This document shows positions 24,501-26,348 of a stretch of 26,348 nt of DNA, piece after piece; position 1 is the first letter of the stretch, and every line of letters starts with the position of its first letter. A program made the translations under genes and the position numbers. Where the stretch lies: IMG/VR virus record IMGVR_UViG_3300011339_000515, positions 1 to 26,348 of that record. One strand, written 5' to 3'. Origin of the DNA: a virus (taxonomy: Duplodnaviria; Caudoviricetes). The notes beneath the pieces are model-generated. The model saw nothing but the letters and a program-made list of their open reading frames with translations, was not told where the DNA came from and made no database searches.

Positions 24501-26348
24501 GGCGGAACCCGCAAGTTTGGGAATGATGCCAATGGACTCAACATCATCAAGGAGACTGGTGGTAATTGGTTTCCGTCTGGTGAATTGGTTTATCAGTCCC
24601 AACTTGACCGCGAGTTAGACAAACTCAAAAAAGGAAGATTTGATACGCCTATCAATGTTCTTAGGTATCACATGGAGCAAGATGCGCTTGCTGGTAACAC
24701 AGCGCGTAAGGCTCAGATGGAGCAGGCTCTTGCGCAAGCGTTGAAGACGGAAGCCGCAAACAAGTGGATAGATTCAAACTTACGCAACTACGTTACCAAG
24801 CAGATGGCGACCAAGGACGACCCTGTACGAAAGCTGGCTGACGAAGGCATTAAAGCGTTCCCCGTAAACGTAGATGAATTTGATGAGCCTCAGTTGCGCA
24901 CTTATGGAAGCTACAACTCCAAAATGAAAAGAGAAAAAGCGGGCTTACCAAAAGAAGGCGTTGCTAAATCTCCTCTGGCAAAACATTATGAGACATTGGC
25001 TGATGAGGCGATTAACCCAGTTGACGCCAAGCATTACCAACGCATACAAGATTTGCCAAGGAATCAAAGACCAGCGTATACGATGGATATGCCTTGGGTG
25101 AACAAGTTAGACCCAGAGACACCCATCTATTCGTTAGACAAAGACGCTGACCTCAATAAGCTAGGCTTTGACCACATCATGGATGTCTTGCGTGAAGACC
25201 TTGCCGCTGGTCGCATTCGTCCAGAGCAAATGAACAAGATAAGCATGGAGCAGGCGGTGCGTCGCACGCATGAGTATGACGAGGCGCTGAAGGAAAAGAT
25301 GCTTAACGCAAGGATTGCAGAGCAGGCTAACGCTAACGTGTTCAAGGAGTATCCAGAGGGGTACAAGTGGGTGCAGTTAGATAAGCCGGGGCAGTTCAAC
25401 CTTGAGTCCGACATCATGGGTCACTCTGTGCGTGGGTACGAGCCACCACAAGGTCATCCAGATTGGTCTGACATTTCTGGCAACTCAGGTTACAAAGACT
25501 ACGGTCACGGCGGCTATGAGGCTATCAAGTCAGGAGACGCCAAGATTTACTCTTTGCGCGACCCCAAAGGAATGTCTCATGTAACGGTAGAGGTCGGGCC
25601 TAACGACCACTTAGATTACAACGACTGGTTCAAAAAGCAACCAGAAGAAATCCAAAACAAAATTGCTAAACGAAGATTGGATGATAAAAATCACGACATC
25701 TACTCAGGCCCAGAATATCTTGCAGACCGTGGAAAAATCTTGCCAAAAATTACTCAAATCAAAGGTAAGCAGAACGCCGCGCCCAATGAGAATTACTTGG
25801 AATTTGTCCAAGACTTTGTAAAGAGTGGTGATTGGTCTGAGGTGGGCGACCTTAGCAACACAGGGTTGCGTGATGTTAAGTTTATGACCAACCCAGACGT
25901 ATATCAAAAATATTTGGAGCGCGGATTGAAAGTTCCCAAGTACGCCACCGAAAAAGAGTTGGACGAATTGCATAACGAATATTTGCGTTTGGCAGAACCG
26001 CGCAACTACAAGCCACCAGCAGAAGGCATGGCTGAAGGCGGTGGCGCATTTAAGAAACTACAGTTCATGGGTGGGGGCGGCATCACCACTACGGCTGGCA
26101 CGTTTTCCCCTGAAGAGTTGGGTGTTGAAGCCAGCGACCTCGGTATCAGCGACAAGCGCATGAACCAAATCAAGCGCAACGCCGCAGACTTATGGGGTGA
26201 AGGTAAAGAACAACTTGAAAAAGAATACAAGCAACTTGGTCGTAAGGGAGGTAAGAAAGACTTTGCTCTTCGTGTTGGCTCCCAATTCCTTGGCGGTGGC
26301 TCAGACCTCGTCAATCTAGGCTTGGAGGGCATTGACCTGATACAAGGC
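21597..26348 (+). CDS. Very large multidomain (polyvalent) protein, 3'-truncated: unknown module + ParB/Srx-like + ADP-ribosyltransferase-like + PcfJ-like + further module
   Basis: Manual translation from ATG 21597 (2 bp after terL stop) gives 1584 codons with no stop to the window end. ParB/Srx: NPLIVV...YILEGGHRFDALRELG (~23200-23345). ART-like: YHGS...GKGIYSTDSPEDAS.NYA...VYPLKIR...FDPDNVRSRFAAFD (~23540-24310). PcfJ-like: ESDIMGHSVRGY...IYSLRD...HVTVEV...ITQIKGKQN (~25340-25820). Confidence 0.85.
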   Translation, partial: MADAKKILGGLGKVGKRLLATDDEASLNAIRAAGRAAHEQEAAIRAAKNAEVKEQMARLPARNKKANEALGLYHPVGGGLKLSKPTSGMHATTVADPKFNPPDIGIITPEQLVKEEAALFPLVGDRAAGGRYLTHVDENELEIPVRLTGGPRYMDANYNPITPDDSAAWESGAGRVTALGKQAERAGQGGRPVYGIYTAGSGTNTDFNIMGANALYQQIAQGKITKKAEREFDRAMKEGTKEFPPIPNWPGIRSPEAYELLLDKSNGIARTKLFGVMGKENFQSMGFPDVPATRKAIIEPELLDVPTNQAGFRLARMDTTGRIIENPNIPSDYPKAMAGKVAGRLDVPADYKDIFQSHFDARRLLSQPESGDYYSFSRAHPIQYADDAWLNRLMEQRLATERKIKEGEYKEGGTVDISEADKRLAKAIENRMAKGGAVDLEAADARLQAAIDARMGMADGGKVIKGAAKAFKKLFADDVVNGMRIRQDIPNQSSIGASLTDYSTHGLQEVPMSAFETVGKPRYRSVQEEKRTKELARQIQENKELNPLIVVRDAEGHYILEGGHRFDALRELGIDSFPALMVHDLESLGTLAKADGGKIVKGASKVFKKLFADAPQVDALKLAQERAALPVSQGGLGLPKNNTAEQRAKAMGFDRDTYHGSFRDIKKFDPSVGSTESHAGKGIYSTDSPEDASRNYASIYGPDVSGRVERGMEQRDKDFRKIHGRMRDEVLTPRQQDIILRNTVGTDNLGVVYPLKIRSNKSIHLDAPESDPVRIGPFEHYDEASETYVDTPHTPKFNEALDEFRELGGDANPVYETVQDYGGPIPARDVFNAVKKTGNESGLYDPFTGDIVSGGVAAGDFVKHFGIDEIRHTPRFMNHELNIGKEHTISFDPDNVRSRFAAFDPFRRSAATAALMGVAAPDLLAKEAKNKKKAHGGLAMAKGGKLAAIGKLGKRLLADPDAVTPSVSGGTRKFGNDANGLNIIKETGGNWFPSGELVYQSQLDRELDKLKKGRFDTPINVLRYHMEQDALAGNTARKAQMEQALAQALKTEAANKWIDSNLRNYVTKQMATKDDPVRKLADEGIKAFPVNVDEFDEPQLRTYGSYNSKMKREKAGLPKEGVAKSPLAKHYETLADEAINPVDAKHYQRIQDLPRNQRPAYTMDMPWVNKLDPETPIYSLDKDADLNKLGFDHIMDVLREDLAAGRIRPEQMNKISMEQAVRRTHEYDEALKEKMLNARIAEQANANVFKEYPEGYKWVQLDKPGQFNLESDIMGHSVRGYEPPQGHPDWSDISGNSGYKDYGHGGYEAIKSGDAKIYSLRDPKGMSHVTVEVGPNDHLDYNDWFKKQPEEIQNKIAKRRLDDKNHDIYSGPEYLADRGKILPKITQIKGKQNAAPNENYLEFVQDFVKSGDWSEVGDLSNTGLRDVKFMTNPDVYQKYLERGLKVPKYATEKELDELHNEYLRLAEPRNYKPPAEGMAEGGGAFKKLQFMGGGGITTTAGTFSPEELGVEASDLGISDKRMNQIKRNAADLWGEGKEQLEKEYKQLGRKGGKKDFALRVGSQFLGGGSDLVNLGLEGIDLIQG

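Noticed and set aside
21815-26332. Many short ORFs listed in the track over the last 4.7 kb
   Set aside because: All are shadows of the single open frame starting at 21597, which the track omitted because it has no stop in the window.

Overview
This window is a 26.3-kb segment of a tailed dsDNA phage genome. Its gene content fits a podovirus-like phage of a proteobacterial host; the host is an inference. In order: (i) the end of a virion/ejection-protein cluster (1-6426, +), including an SLT transglycosylase-bearing protein and closed by an intrinsic terminator; (ii) a leftward recombination module (PD-(D/E)XK nuclease, SSB-like protein); (iii) a divergent promoter, then Cro-like HTH, DUF1376/YdaU initiator with iteron-like repeats, a stand-alone primase Zn finger, DnaB-like helicase, RusA, small membrane proteins and a Ref-type HNH nuclease; (iv) accessory cassettes with repeated promoter/leader elements, including a C5 cytosine MTase (motif X Asn->Arg) coupled to a CmoA-like gene, pointing to DNA carboxymethyl-cytosine or related modification; (v) a structured non-coding region with a tRNA-like element and an fMet-like tRNA; (vi) terS, terL and a >=1584-codon ORF absent from the ORF track because it runs off the window. 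That ORF reads as a modular polyprotein (unknown, ParB/Srx, ADP-ribosyltransferase-like and PcfJ-like modules) separated by phi-[AK]-x-G-G motifs, usually followed by cationic amphipathic leaders. The same GG motif recurs in the virion proteins at the window start. All family assignments are from motif recognition by eye; no searches were run.
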